DNA from: Octopus vulgaris
Taxonomy: Eukaryota
Length of the DNA stretch: 64,000 bases
Assembly (NCBI GenBank): GCA_951406725.2
Contig: OX597814.1
Span: 225,618,001 to 225,682,000 of the forward strand
Direction: 5' to 3'
In this document: positions 25,694 through 38,639 of the stretch, one piece after another
How the letters are laid out: each line of letters opens with the position of its first letter
Position numbering within the stretch: the first letter of the stretch is position 1
Position numbers and translations under genes: made by a program
Notes under the pieces: model-generated
Seen by the model: the letters and a program-made list of their open reading frames with translations, nothing else
Told to the model about the DNA's origin: nothing
Databases searched by the model: none

Positions 25694-26105
25694 AGATCTT
25701 TTCGGTTTGAACGGCAGTTTTTAACATAATTTCTAGTTAACTAAAAAATTTTAAACTTCGTATACTGGTAGAATGTGTTTATAAAACATCTTTTTCTCTT
25801 GGTTTTATTGAGAAAATTCTATAGTTTGTAAGATATTTGTTGTTTTTTTGTTCTTCAATTTCTGCAATTTCAACCAATCAGTGACATCTATTGAGTTAAA
25901 AAGCATTCTGTGCCGTATGAATATGTCCCTCGTTTAAGAAACAGATTGGGTTTATTTACATTTGTGAAGAAAAAAAAGATACCCTTCCCCACCCCTAACC
26001 CTAAAACAGATTGAAATGCAATAGATCGATACTAGGGTCATAATTAAGGGTGACAATTTCATATGACACCGGTAGAAAAAACTGCCGTTCAAACGGAAAA
26101 GATCC
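25694..26105. mobile_element. MITE with ~29-bp TIRs and 8-bp TSD
   Basis: agatcttttcggtttgaacggcagttttt ... aaaaactgccgttcaaacggaaaagatcc; TSD tgcaaaac at 25686-25693 and 26106-26113. Confidence 0.88.
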
Positions 26106-26151
26106 TGCAAAACTCACGACACTAGCTCAGAAAGAAAGGTGTTTTACTTGC

Positions 26152-26358
26152 CTTCTTCTTACGTGTACTCAGGACTTGAAATGGTAAGATGCATTGGTTC
26201 TCTTTATCCCAAGCAACAGCTTCTGAATCAAGAACAAAAGATTTGACATCTTTGCCAACAGACTTTGATATTCTCTGAATGACATCTGGATATTTGGTAG
26301 TATTGTCTTCTGAATTGCGGCTGTAGATCTCTACTTTACCATCTTCCTTCATGTGAAT
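26152..26358 (-). CDS. LIG1: LIG1 exon: [18 protein letters not shown]...[10 protein letters not shown]...[11 protein letters not shown] (ends at a GC donor)
   Basis: cag acceptor; only AAG|GCAAGT gives the phase 0 required by the next exon. Confidence 0.94.
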
Positions 26359-26534
26359 CTGCCAGCAAACAAAGAAATTATCACTGAAATAAATTCTGCA
26401 TCCTAAGTCTGTAAGATTCTTTGAAACAGACAAACATGCATGCATGTATGTTTTGAGAGGATTTAACATAAAACTGTATCTCACGGATGGAGTAGGAATC
26501 ACTGTAGAGTGGGTTATACCATTAGCATACCAGG

Positions 26535-27260
26535 TTACTCTTTTACTTGTTTCAGTCATTTGACTGTGGCCATGCTGGAGCACTGCCTTTAGTCGAGCAA
26601 ATCGACCCCAGGACTTATTATCTGGATGCCTAGTACATATTCTATCAGTCTCTTTTGCTGAACCGCTCGGTTATGGGGACATAAACACACCACCATCGGT
26701 TGTCAAGCTAGGTTGGGGGGGACAAACAAACACACACATACATATATACACACACACACACACACATATATATATACACACATCAGAATCAAAATCGATC
26801 AATGGAAATTGCAGATGTGTTACCAGTGCCGGTGGCATGTAAGAGAACCTTCCGTTTCGCGACTGTTGCCAGCACCGCCCCGTTTCGTGTCTGTTGCCAG
26901 CCTCGCCTGGCCCTTGTGCCGGTGGCACATAAAAAGCACCATCCATTCGTGGCCGTTTGCCAGCTCTGTCTGGCACCTGTGCGGGTGGCACGTAAAAAGC
27001 ACCCACTACACTCACGGAGTGGTTGGCGTTAGGAAGGGCATCCAGCCGTAGAAACACTGCCAGATTTGACTGAGCCTGATGAAGCCTTCTGGCTTCACAG
27101 ACCCCAGTTGAACCGTCCAACCCATGCTAGCATGGAAAACGGATGCTAAACGATGATGATGATGATGATGACACACACATTATTGTAGTAATGGCTATAT
27201 ACCAAAGCCTTGTGAGTGGATTTAGTAGACAGAAACTGAAAGAAGCCCATCGTATATATA

Positions 27261-27296
<36 letters not shown>

Positions 27297-27426
27297 CCCA
27301 TGCTAGCATGGAAAACGGACGCTAAACGATGATGATGATGATGACACACATATATATATATATATATATATATCATCATCATCATCATCATCATCGTTTA
27401 GCGTCCGTTTTCCATGCTAGCATGGG

Positions 27427-27463
<37 letters not shown>

Positions 27464-27633
27464 ACACACACATATATATACGATGGGCTTCTTTCAGTTT
27501 CCATCTACCAAATCCACTCACAAGGCTTTGGTCGGCCCAAGGCTATAGCAGAAGACACTTGCCCAAGGTGCCACACAGTGGGACTGAACCCGGAACCATG
27601 TGGTTCATAAGCAAGCTATTTACCATATAGCCA
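26535..27633 (-). mobile_element. SINE family B interrupted by an RTE 3' UTR (26782-27170, +) and a local inversion
   Basis: The SINE halves flank the insertion at the internal microsatellite. Confidence 0.8.
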
Positions 27634-27860
27634 TTACTACATTATAATGTCTCAAACAATAATGCTATAATGCTTTCAAATCTATTCTCCAAATGTAAAC
27701 AATATTTATTTCTGATTGTCTAAAAATGTAAGCAATTCCAGTGGATGAAATGAGAGTCTCCTTTTGTGTGTAATACAGCATAATATTTAACCAACCCTTT
27801 AGCATTTAAACCAGCCACATCTAGTCCAAATATTCTATCTATTTTATGTTCATATTAACT

Positions 27861-28333
27861 TCGATGACTGGCATCCATGCTAGTGGAGCGCTAAGAGCAC
27901 CATCCAAGCGTGATCATTGCCAGAGTGGCTAACTGGCTTCCGTGCCAGTGGTACGTAAAAAGCACCATTTGAGCGTGATTGTTACCAGCGTCGCCTTACT
28001 GGTACTTGTGTTGGTGGCATGTGAAGGAAACATTCAAGCAAGGTCATTGCCAGTGCTGCTGGACTGGCTCCTGTGCAGGTGGCACATAAAAAGCACCATT
28101 TGAGTGTGGCCATTGCCAGTACCGCCTGACTGGCCCTCGTGCCAGTGGCACGCAAAAGCACCTACTACACTCTCAGAGTGGTTGGCATTAGGAAGGGTAT
28201 CCAGCTGTAGAAACTCTGCCAGATCAAGACTGGGGCCTGGTGCAGCTATCTGGTTCGCCAGACCCCAGTCAAATTGTCCAACCCATGCTAGCATAGAAAG
28301 CGGACGCTAAATGATGATGATGATGATGATGAT
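27861..28333 (+). mobile_element. RTE LINE 3' UTR copy nested in a piggyBac-type MITE
   Basis: (GAT)n tail; attaac on both sides; MITE sequence resumes after the insertion. Confidence 0.8.
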
Positions 28334-29242
28334 TAACCAGATTTGGCCTCCCACACCTACTCTACAAATGTTGTTCTAAAACTAAATAATCCCATCATCG
28401 TAATCTTGAAGCTTTGAGATAATCCAGGATTAATTCAAAACAATGTGAATGAATAAGCCTTGCATTTGGCAGAGGAATCTGAATGTGAAAAGGTGAAACA
28501 ATACAGTCATAGGTTCACTCCTTTAACATTCAGATTATTCTGTTAAATGCAGTCCTTATTCATCATCATCGTTTAACGTCCACTTTCCATGCTGGCATGG
28601 GTTGGACGATTTGACTGCACCAAGCTACAATCTTGATCTGGCAGAGTTTCTACAGTTGGATGCCCTTCCTAATGCCAACCACTCTGAGAGTGTAGTGGGT
28701 GCTTTTACATGCCACCAGCACAAGGGCCAGTCAGGTAGTACAGGCAACAGCCACGCTCAAATGGTGCTTTTTATGTGCCACCTGCACAGGAGCCAGTCCA
28801 GCGGCACTGGCAATGACCTCGCTCGAATGTTTTTTATATGTGCCACCAGCACAGAATTAATCAGGTATTGTCTTGTAGCTTCAGAATTTCAATGATATGG
28901 TTGTATACATCTTTAGGATGACATTGTAGGTTAGGTGTGAGAGGGTAGATCTGGTCACTATGAACAGGTAGAATATCTGAACCTGATTTAGCTGGTTCAA
29001 ATGCAAAAGGTTTAAGGAGCAGAATATTTAACAAAGGAAAAGAGTAGCATTAAGACATTTCAAAAACCATAATGTTGTAAAACATTACAATTATTGGTCT
29101 AGCATTTTAATATCTTGGCTATTTAGCCTCATCATGGTATTAAAAATAAAAAATAATTTTTTAAAATTTAATAGTAAGAAAAAGTAGCAAATGAAGACAC
29201 AACAATTATAATATGAACAGTAAAATCACTAAAAAAAATTAC

Positions 29243-29358
29243 CTGAGCTCTTTCTCCATCATATTTATATTCACAGGTAAATTCAGCCTCATCAAATTTT
29301 GCCAACACATCGCTGATACCTTTTGTGGGGTTCGCTAACATAGGCTTTAGAGGGATTC
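29243..29358 (-). CDS. LIG1: LIG1 exon with adenylated lysine (motif I): [13 protein letters not shown]...[13 protein letters not shown]
   Basis: KxDGxR motif; AG/GT boundaries. Confidence 0.98.
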
Positions 29359-29524
29359 CTGAAAAAAATTTACAATCTTTCTCAGAAACATTAAGAGATT
29401 CTCAAATGCAACCAATTTCATCTATTTCATTTAGTTCTTTCTTTACTTATTTGTGTATTTTTTTTTATTTATGTATTTTTAAAGGGGGATTAAAGAGTAA
29501 TGAAAGGAAGATACCATGTAATCA

Positions 29525-29748
29525 TTAACCCTTTAGTATTTAAATTGACTATGTCTGGCCCAAATACTCTACCCTTTTTATGTCCAAACTGGCCAGATTC
29601 AGCCCCTTACGCCTATCCTACAATATCACTCCAGAAATAAACAATCTCATCATCAAAATTTCAAAGCTATGAGATAATTCAGGATTAATTCAAAATACTG
29701 TAAACAAGCATTACATTTGACAAAGTAATCTCAATGCTAAAGGGTTAA
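29525..29748. mobile_element. piggyBac-type MITE, family G
   Basis: TTAA-CCCTTTAG ... CTAAAGGG-TTAA; related copies near 27794, 34417, 51345 and 58856. Confidence 0.8.
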
Positions 29749-29833
29749 CAGATCATTGCCGCGTATATCCAGTGGTTCGAATTCAAATCAGTTTGAAAGG
29801 GCCAACATGACACCAACAGCAGTAGCAGCAGAT

Positions 29834-30236
29834 TCTTATTTCTTTATTGCCCACAAAGGGCTAAACACAGATGGGACAAACAAAGGGATTAAGTTGATTA
29901 CATCGACCCCAGTGTGTAACTGGTACTTAATTTATCGACCTCGAAAGGATGAAAGGCAAAGTCGACCTCGGCGGAATTTGAACTCAGAACGTAACGGCAG
30001 ACAAAATACCTATTTCTTTACTGCCCACAAGGGGTTACACACAGAGGGGACAGACAAGGACAGACAAATGGATTAAGTCGATTATATCGACCCCAGTGCG
30101 TAACTGGTACTTGTTTAATCGACCCCAAAAGGATTAAAGGCAAAGTTGACCTCGGCGGAACTTGAACTCAGAATGTAACGGTAGACGAAATACAGCTAAA
30201 CATTTCGCCCAGCGTGCTAACGTTTCTGCCAGCTCA
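29834..30236 (-). mobile_element. SINE family C, partial tandem dimer
   Basis: Two consecutive bodies (29834-30010 and 30010-30236). Confidence 0.82.
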
Positions 30237-32775
30237 CAGCAGATTCTGTCATTGTTATCCCCCATCACTGGCAATGTCATCACTATCATTACAAGACTAA
30301 TAATTACTTGATTTATTCTTATTGTTTTGCATCCACTTTATTACAGCCTAATCAGGAAGGCTTTCTCAGCATTTGCTCTTTTACAAATGTTATTTGAACA
30401 AATGTTTTTACAGCTGGATATTTTCCCTGCCGCTAAATGGCTACTTCAAGGTAAAAGCGGAACTGGTTTATCAAGTAAGTAGTCTGAGATATACAGAATT
30501 ATATGCCATGCTCAAAAGCACTCGTAACCATTTGATCAATAGTTTAGCACCGCAACTTCAGAGTCTCTATTTGCTTTCTATTTGAAGCAAAAATTATTAT
30601 AACCAAATCCATTTCTGGAACAGAAAAACAGATGTGGATGACTGATTCCAATCAATAAGATAATGGATGATCAGTAGTTTAGATACTGTCACCAGCAACT
30701 ACATTGTGTCAGTGCTTAAGATAGTTTTTAAATGGACACAGTATACTAGGCTGTAAATAGAAACCACAGAATGTAAATGAACCCCACTTAGTATTAAATG
30801 TCCAATAGTTCTGTTAGGCTGCAGTAACAGGATCAATTCCACAGATGGAAAAAAGTTATCTATGATAAACTAGGAGTCTTATCAAGTGAGAAATTTGTTG
30901 TATCTACCAAGCATCATGGAAACTAGAGATAAACACCAACCCAATTAGCCACAAAGGTTCCTCAGATTGCAAACATTAACAACCTTAATCTCATATACTT
31001 AGGCTCAAGTTGAGGAGTGATGTATCTCTTTATATTCATTAACAAAAAATATTACCATTTCTGAGTGACCATGTCCTTTACAGCAGCATACCTGTTTCTG
31101 TCCTCAATTCTGAAATCTCTCTCTTTCTCTCTCTCTCTCTGGCCAGGTAACCATGTACCTCCTCTGCAGCAACACACCTGTCTCTGTCTCGCTATAACTT
31201 TTCATCATTTGATACAAGATCCCCTCTTCCAATGCCGCCTCCCCTCTCAAAGGTCTTGCAAGTTACTTGGTAACCCTGCAGGTGTTGGTGCCACTTAAAA
31301 AGTATCCAATATACATTGTAAAGCGGTTGGTGTTTGGAAGGGTATCCAGCTGTAAAAATCTTGCCAAGATTGACCTCACCTGTGCTTGTGCCACATAAAA
31401 AGCACTCGGTCCACTCTGTTGGGTGGGTGGTAGGTGCTAGGAAGGGTAACCAACCATAAAAACCTTGCCAAAACAGACACAGAGGTCTGGTGCAGACTCC
31501 TGTCAAACCATCTAATCCATGCCAGCTTGGAACGTAGACATTAAGCGATGATGTAGATTAACCCTTCTTGTACCAAACTGCCCAAGACTGCTCCTGGATT
31601 TATGATACAAACTTCTTATCTTAACGTAAACTAAATTAAAACCTTGCATAAAAATTTCATATTAATGTTCCAAACTCCAGTTTAATAATGATAAAGTTAT
31701 TTTACTAAATTATTTATTATTACTAAAATTAATTAAAACAAAGGCAGTGTATTTCAACAGGTATTAGGTAACAAAAGAGTCAACACTCGCTCACCATCTG
31801 AGAACTATAAAAACACTAACCATCATGGATTTGATAAGGTAATGAAGCAGCCTGAAAGTAAATTGCAAACCCTCTATCTTATTTCTATATTGCCCACAAG
31901 GGGCTAAACACAGAGGGGACAAACAAGGACAGACAAAGGGATTAAGTCGATTACATCGACCCCAGTGTGTAACAGGTACTTAATTTATCAACCCCGAAAG
32001 GATGAAAGGCAAAGTCGACCATGGCAAACCCTCCATCTTAATAGACAGATAGCAGTATTCATTGTTGTTGATAGATATTTTCTTTATAACTGAATCTTTC
32101 ATAGTATTTACTATTTAATTAGTATTAGACAAAGGAGGCATTCCAGTCATGACCATTCCATTTTTTTTCTATATCAGTCAACTGAGTCCTTCTTGAAGAC
32201 AGCAAGATTTTACTTGAAGGAGGCTGAGCTGCTGCTTCTCACAGGTTGAGCAACCATAAAGATGCTCCCTTATTAGCCGAGGAAGATGACAATGAGTATA
32301 ATTGATGATGATGATGAAGATAAAAGAGAGGATGGCATTGGTAGTAATGGCTTCAAATTTTGGCACAAGGCCAGCAATTTCGAAGAGAGGAGTAAATCGA
32401 TTACCTTGACCCCAGTACTCGGCTGGTACTTATTTTATTTTATCGACCCCGAAAGGATGAAAACCAAAGTTGACATGGGCAGCATTTGAACTCAGAACAC
32501 AAAGACAAACAAATCGTTGCTAAGCATTTTGCCCGGCATACTAACAGTTTTGCCAGCTCACTATCTTAAAGACCGATGAAATGCTACTCAGCCATTTTGT
32601 CTGGTGTGATGACCGTTCAGCCAGCTTGCTGCCTGAATGGCATTGATGATAATAATAACAATGAACATGATGGTGATGATGATTATGATGATGAAAATGA
32701 GGACTAATGAGTGTTACAATTACAGTGATGACAACAATGATTACTGAAAGTAACGATAATCCTTTCTATTATATA

Positions 32776-33173
32776 GGCACAGGAGTAGCTGTGTGGTAAG
32801 AAGCTTGCTTACCAACAACATGGTTCCGGGTTCAGTCCCACTGCATGGCACCTTGGGCAAGTGTCTTCTACTATAGCCTCGGGCCAACTATAAAGCCTTG
32901 TGAGTGGATTTGGTAGACGGAAACTGAAAGAAGCCCGTCGTATATATGTATATATATATATATATGTGTGTCTGTGTTTGTCCCCCCCAAATCCCTTGAC
33001 AACCGATGCTGGTGTGTTTACGTTCCCGTAACTTAGCGGTTCGGCAAAAGAGACCGATAGAATAAGTACTAGGCTTCCAAAGAATAAGTCCTGGGGGTCG
33101 ATTTGCTCGACTAAAGGCGGTGCTCCAGCATGGCCACAGTCAAATGACTGAAACAAGTAAAAGAGTAAAGAGT
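32776..33173 (+). mobile_element. SINE family B
   Basis: Full head-to-tail match to 25125-25562 in the opposite orientation. Confidence 0.88.
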
Positions 33174-33729
33174 ATATACACAAGGCTTGAAATTATAGGG
33201 AAGGTGGTGGGGGCTAGTCGATTATAGTAACCCCAGAGCATAACTGGTACTTATGTTATCGATCCTGAAAGGATGAAAGGTAGAATCTACCCCAGAATGC
33301 AAAATCATGAAATGCTATTAAGCACTTAGTCTGCCAGCTGGTCACCTTACTGTACTCTCTTTCTTATTTTCTCTTTTAATTGTTTCAGTCATTTGACTGC
33401 AGCCAAGCTGGAGCACCAGCTTAATGAACCCAGAACCATGTGGTAGGAAAGCAAGCTTCTTCCCATACAGCTACGCCTGTTCTTCTTCTTCTTATTATTA
33501 TTATTTTTTTTTATGGCACGTAAAAAGCACCCACTACACTCATGGAGTGGTTGGCGTTAGGAAGGGCATCCAGCCGTAGAAACATTGCCAGATCAGACTG
33601 GGCCTGGTGCAGCCTTGAGGCTTTCCAGACCCCAGTTGAACCGTCCAACCCATGCTAGCATGGAAAGCAGACGCTAAATGATGATGATGATGATGATGAT
33701 TTTTTATACTTTGTTCAAGATGTACCTAC

Positions 33730-33815
33730 CTGGAGTCAATTTACACTTATTTGGTAGTTCATCAATACCATCTGAGAGAAGAACCTTAATTATAGCATCG
33801 TAATTTGGACATTCG
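33730..33815 (-). CDS. LIG1: LIG1 exon: [28 protein letters not shown](G)
   Basis: AG/GTAGGT boundaries; phases fit. Confidence 0.95.
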
Positions 33816-35390
33816 CTGCAATTAACAAACACATACATGAGCAAAGAAGACTAAAGACTGGCAAACAAGAATAAAGACAAGCAAATGATTGAACAAAAGG
33901 AAATCATTAATGTTGTCGGAGAACTGTAGTGGCCAGTGATAGCAACAGCAAAAATGAGGTACGTTTGTTCAGTTCATTAAAGAAAAGCTATGTTCCAAAT
34001 ACTGTTGAGACAAACTAACAGGCCTCATTACTGCTTTTAACATACAAATATTCCACAAAACAATTTTGATTAGCGTAAAACTTATTACATCTGATCAATA
34101 AATCATGTCTCCTAAAAAAACAAAAAACATAAGAAAATGAAGAGGAAAGGCTATTTTATTCACATTTAGAAAAAGGGAGAAAGAGAGGGCTTATGAAAGA
34201 GAAAGCAGGAATTGCTGAGAAGTAGAAAAGATATTGAGAAATGTAGAGACATGAAGGCTGTTATTGGAAAAGATAAAAGGGAGATACAACTGTAGTGAGG
34301 AAGTGTTAGTCATTGAAGCATAAAGTTTTCTTTTGGAAAACAGTCTCAGAATACTGATGTTGAAAGGAGATCTTATAAGCCTCAATATGGAAGCAACACT
34401 GCCTTGAGTAGTGGAATTAACCCTTTACCATTCAGGTTACTCTGTCAAGTGTGATGTTTATTTATTCATATTATCATCGTTTAACATCTGCTTTCCATGC
34501 TGGCATGGGTCGGACAGTTTGACTGAGGACTGGCAAGCCAGGAGGCTGCACCAGACTCCAACCTGTTCTAGCAAAGTTTCTACAGCTGGATGCCCTTCCT
34601 AACGCCAACCACTCCGAGAGTGTAGTGGGTGCTTTTTTAAATGTGACCGGCATGGGAGGCCAGTGAGGCAGCACTGGCATCAACCATGATCAAATGGTGC
34701 CTTTTATACATGCCACCAGCATGGGAGCCAGTCTGGTGGCATTGGTATCGACCAGTCAAACGATACTTTTTATGTGCCAAATTAATCATGCATTATCTTA
34801 TAGCTTCAAAATTTTGATGAGGAGCTTGTTTATTTTTCCAGTGACATTATCGAGTGGGTGTGAAAGGCCAGATGTAGTCAATTTGAGCACATTAAATGCT
34901 AAAGAGTTAAATGTCCACAGATTGAGTACAGTTGTTAGCCTTATAAACTGAACAACTGTTGGTTGTTTCAGATGAGACTCTTAATCCAAATATAGTGTTT
35001 AAATCTTGTTTAACTTATAGCAGCTTGTGATAATATTGGATTCAGAATTCTAATTACCTTAGTTAACTTTACAGTAAAACTTGTTAACATAGGACAAACT
35101 AGAACAAATTCTGCCAATGTGCTGATTTTATGAACCATCCTCCTATATTTGAATGGAGAATAAAAATAAACCTAATTATTAACTTCGTTATAACTTGAAA
35201 TAAAACATCAAATCTCTGTGTTTTCATAATCAGTAGAATCCACCAAAAATAATCCAATTAACTCCAGGGAATAAAAAAAAAATAGGATTTGTAACATTAA
35301 TGATTTTGCTCAAGGATAAAACGGGAAATTAGAAACTGATGCTGGGCTACAGATTTGGCCTTCTGATTATGTAAGCATAAGTGTTTGTAT

Positions 35391-35422
<32 letters not shown>

Positions 35423-35475
35423 GCATCTCTCTCACACACGCACACATTCAGAGTGATAATTCTAAGTGAACTTAC

Positions 35476-35575
35476 CAGTATGTTGTTTTAATGGCAAGGA
35501 CTGACTCTTCTACCTTCTTCTTCAGGCTATCAGCTGACAAACTTTTCCCAGCATTGACAATCACAGGTGGGTAAG
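35476..35575 (-). CDS. LIG1: LIG1 exon: YPPVIVNAGKSLSADSLKKKVEESVLAIKTTY(C)
   Basis: AG/GTAAGT boundaries; phases 1-2 fit both neighbours. Confidence 0.93.
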
Positions 35576-36120
35576 CTACAGTTACAAAAAATAAAAAATT
35601 ACATTATGAAATTTTTCCAACACTAAGAAAAGGAAGAAAGCAATTAAAAAAGAATTATAAAAAATAAGATAGGCATGATCAATTTGAAATCATCTTTGTG
35701 CCTTGTTTCTGGTTCTAAAAAGAAAGCTGAGCTCTTCGAAAAGATGAATTAAGATAGCTGTTCTTTTATATTTTTTAAGTACCAATAAGTAAAAGGTGTA
35801 TGACTAAGAATATAGTTTAGACTTCCAGAGTGAGTGGTGAATTCTTTCTTGACCTAAACACTTCAGTCCACTCAGCTGTAGATGAGTTCCAGCAATAGTT
35901 GCAAAGTTAAGCCTGTGATGGACTAGCATCCCATCCAGGGATGGAGAGTGTGGTGGGAGGTGTAATTTGAGGCACATATACACCATAGAAACTGGATTAA
36001 ACTCTGGTCTTATGAGTTTGAGACCTCATGACAGCTTTAAGTCTAATAAGTAAATGCTAGAAAGAGTTAGAGGAGATAAAAAAAACATCTTTGAGTGAGC
36101 AAAAATGAAATAAACTTTAC

Positions 36121-36289
36121 CTTGACCAGGAGGAGACAAAAATATAGCACTACCCAAAGCTGCTAGAACAGATTGTTCAGCTAGGCCAATACGCAGTTTC
36201 CCACCAAGGGACCTTATGAGAAACCGAGCCTCTGATGAACGACATGCCACAAACATGACTTTAATTTTGTCGATTTTCTTTGACATTAC
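36121..36289 (-). CDS. LIG1: LIG1 exon: [10 protein letters not shown]...[31 protein letters not shown]...PPGQ
   Basis: AG/GT boundaries; overlaps ORF 36026..36286 in frame. Confidence 0.96.
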
Positions 36290-36440
36290 CTGTGAGAAAA
36301 ATTAAAGAAATTAACAGAATAAAAAAAAAGAAGTAAAGCAGATTATTTGCTATGAAATAAGAGAAAAATAGATACACAGAATGTAATGATTTTATAAAAA
36401 AAAACTATAATTTTTATTTCCAAACACCTAAGTAAGGTTT

Positions 36441-36785
36441 TGTCTGGGTAGTCATTTTCTTTTTGTGCCTTATAATGTAACACACTCACTGGTAAAATTT
36501 CCACTTATTTCTTATTTCTATTTTCCTAAAATTTTCGTTGCGTCTTGCAACCTTTTCAATAGTCTTGACTCTAAAAAGACTTTCAAGAGTCAAGACTATT
36601 GAAAAGGTTGCAAGACGCAACGAAAATTTTAGGAAAATAAAAATAAGAAATAAGTGGAAATTTTACCAGTGAGTGTGTTACATAATAAGGCACAAAAAGA
36701 AAATGACTCTCCCCAGACACAACAGAATATGCTTCAACACACGAACTCATATAAAGAATCTTGCAAACCAAATCCAAAAACGAAA
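36441..36785. mobile_element. Palindromic element family I (about 132-bp arms, 13-nt spacer, 66-nt tail, 12-bp TSD)
   Basis: Arms 36441-36572 and 36586-36719; TSD taagtaaggttt at 36429-36440 and 36786-36797. Confidence 0.85.
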
Positions 36786-37506
36786 TAAGTAAGGTTTGTT
36801 CTTCTCTATTATAAAAGCATAAGACTCAGTTTTATTTTACTTTTTATTAACACACATTTCTCAATCACTACTATAACAGAATAGATTTTTAGGCCATTAG
36901 ACTCCTTCAAGCTTCTATTTTATATAATGTCAAACCTTATTTACAAGTTTGTAGGTCACCCTTAGGTTAAGTACCTCGTTATATATTTCATTATAGTCTC
37001 ATTCTTTGTCTTTTTTATCTTCAAAGATTTCCAACATAAAACCCATTGTTTTCTTTTTTTGAGGTGGGGGGAGGGGTTAATCCAGATGACTAGCTGGGTT
37101 TACTTGATAAATACAGATCAACTTTTAATAAAGATTTGTGTTTGTGATGGTATGAGATGTGTTTGTGATGAGATGAGTTCAGCTGACTCTACCAATGAAT
37201 CCACAGTATCATAAGCAGAAGCTGACCACACCAGGCAATCACAGAGGTCCATTACAGAAATCATTAACAACTTGCACGTCCAAAGATAAAGACCATATGC
37301 ACGATGGCCAGATATTTATTCAACATCAAATTTGATTGCACCAATCCATGTTTTCAGCTGTCGACTTACCATTTATGACATCCCAAGAAAAGCTATGACG
37401 TCACTGCATCACAGATGAGTTCACCCTGTGTACAACAAAGTGTGTGACCAAACCAGATGTAGTTTTTGAGCAAGAGCTGTTCAAAGAATCCAGCTTGACA
37501 ATAGCA

Positions 37507-37856
37507 GGGATGCTGTCAGTAAGGTGAGGTTTGGCAATGAGTATAGTAAAGAATTCCAGGTAAGAGTAGGGGTCCACCAAGGATCCCCCTCTTATTCATC
37601 ACAGTCCTCCAGGAATTCAAGACAGGATGCCCCTGGGAGCTCCTCTATGTTGATGACCTTGCTCTAATAGCTGAGTCACGACCAGAACTAGAGGCAAAGT
37701 TTCAGGTGTGGAAGATAGGTCTAGAGTCAGTCTAGCAAAAAAACCAGTCTTAGTAAGTAGGAAGGCAGACAAATCACAAATCTCTCCAGGTAGATGGCCG
37801 TGTTTGATCTGTAGGAAAGGCATAGGTAGAAACTCCATAAGATGTACCCAGTGTAA
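37507..37856 (+). mobile_element. RTE LINE reverse-transcriptase fragment
   Basis: KVRFGNEYSKEFQVRVGVHQGS...GCPWELLYVDDLALIAES...GRWPCLICRKGIGRNSIRCTQC, with frameshifts. Confidence 0.85.
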
Positions 37857-38256
37857 CTTCCCAACCACATGTTCTTGGTTCAGTCCTACTGTGTGGCACC
37901 TTGGGCAAGTGTCTTCTACTATAGCCTCAGACCAACCGAAGCCCTGTGAGTGGATTGGGTAGATGGAAACTGAAAGAAGTTGGTCAGAAAAATATATGTA
38001 TATGTATATCTATGTGTGTCTTTGTGTCTGTGTTTATCCCCCTATTACTGCTTGACAACCGGTGTTGGTGAGCTTACATCCCCGTACCTTAGCAATTCAG
38101 CAAAAGAGACCAGTACAATAAGTACCAGGTTTAAAAAATAAGTACTGGGGTCGATTCATTAGATTAAAAATTCAAGACGGTCCCCCAGCATGGCTGCAGT
38201 TTAATGACTGAAACAAGTAAAAGATAAAAGATATAATAAATAAAAGAAATACTCAC

Positions 38257-38358
38257 TGAGTTTCCAGTCATGAGGGCAATCTCTTTCAGTTTAGAGAAGA
38301 CACCAGCAATGGTCAGTTTTGGTGGAGCAAACATGGTCCGTTGATTGCTACGACTTGA
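38257..38358 (-). CDS. LIG1: LIG1 exon: [34 protein letters not shown]
   Basis: AG/GTGAGT boundaries; phase 0-0. Confidence 0.95.
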
Positions 38359-38639
38359 CTATGAAAACAGAACAAATATATGCAAAATGATGAAAATATA
38401 GAAATATTGAAGAACAAGGAAACATACGTAAGAAGAATGCAAGATTACTATATTCATTACATGAAATATCAGTAAAGTTCAAGGGCTTCAGTTAAAGGAC
38501 ACTTAGTGTCATCCGATGGATGATGAGCCTTTGTGCCTGAAATTATAAAAGTTACTAAACTTTTCCCTTTACGCATTGTAAGAAACTCCCCATCTTCACC
38601 ATTTTGTTATTTTATTATTTGTTTGTTTATAAGGTATCA

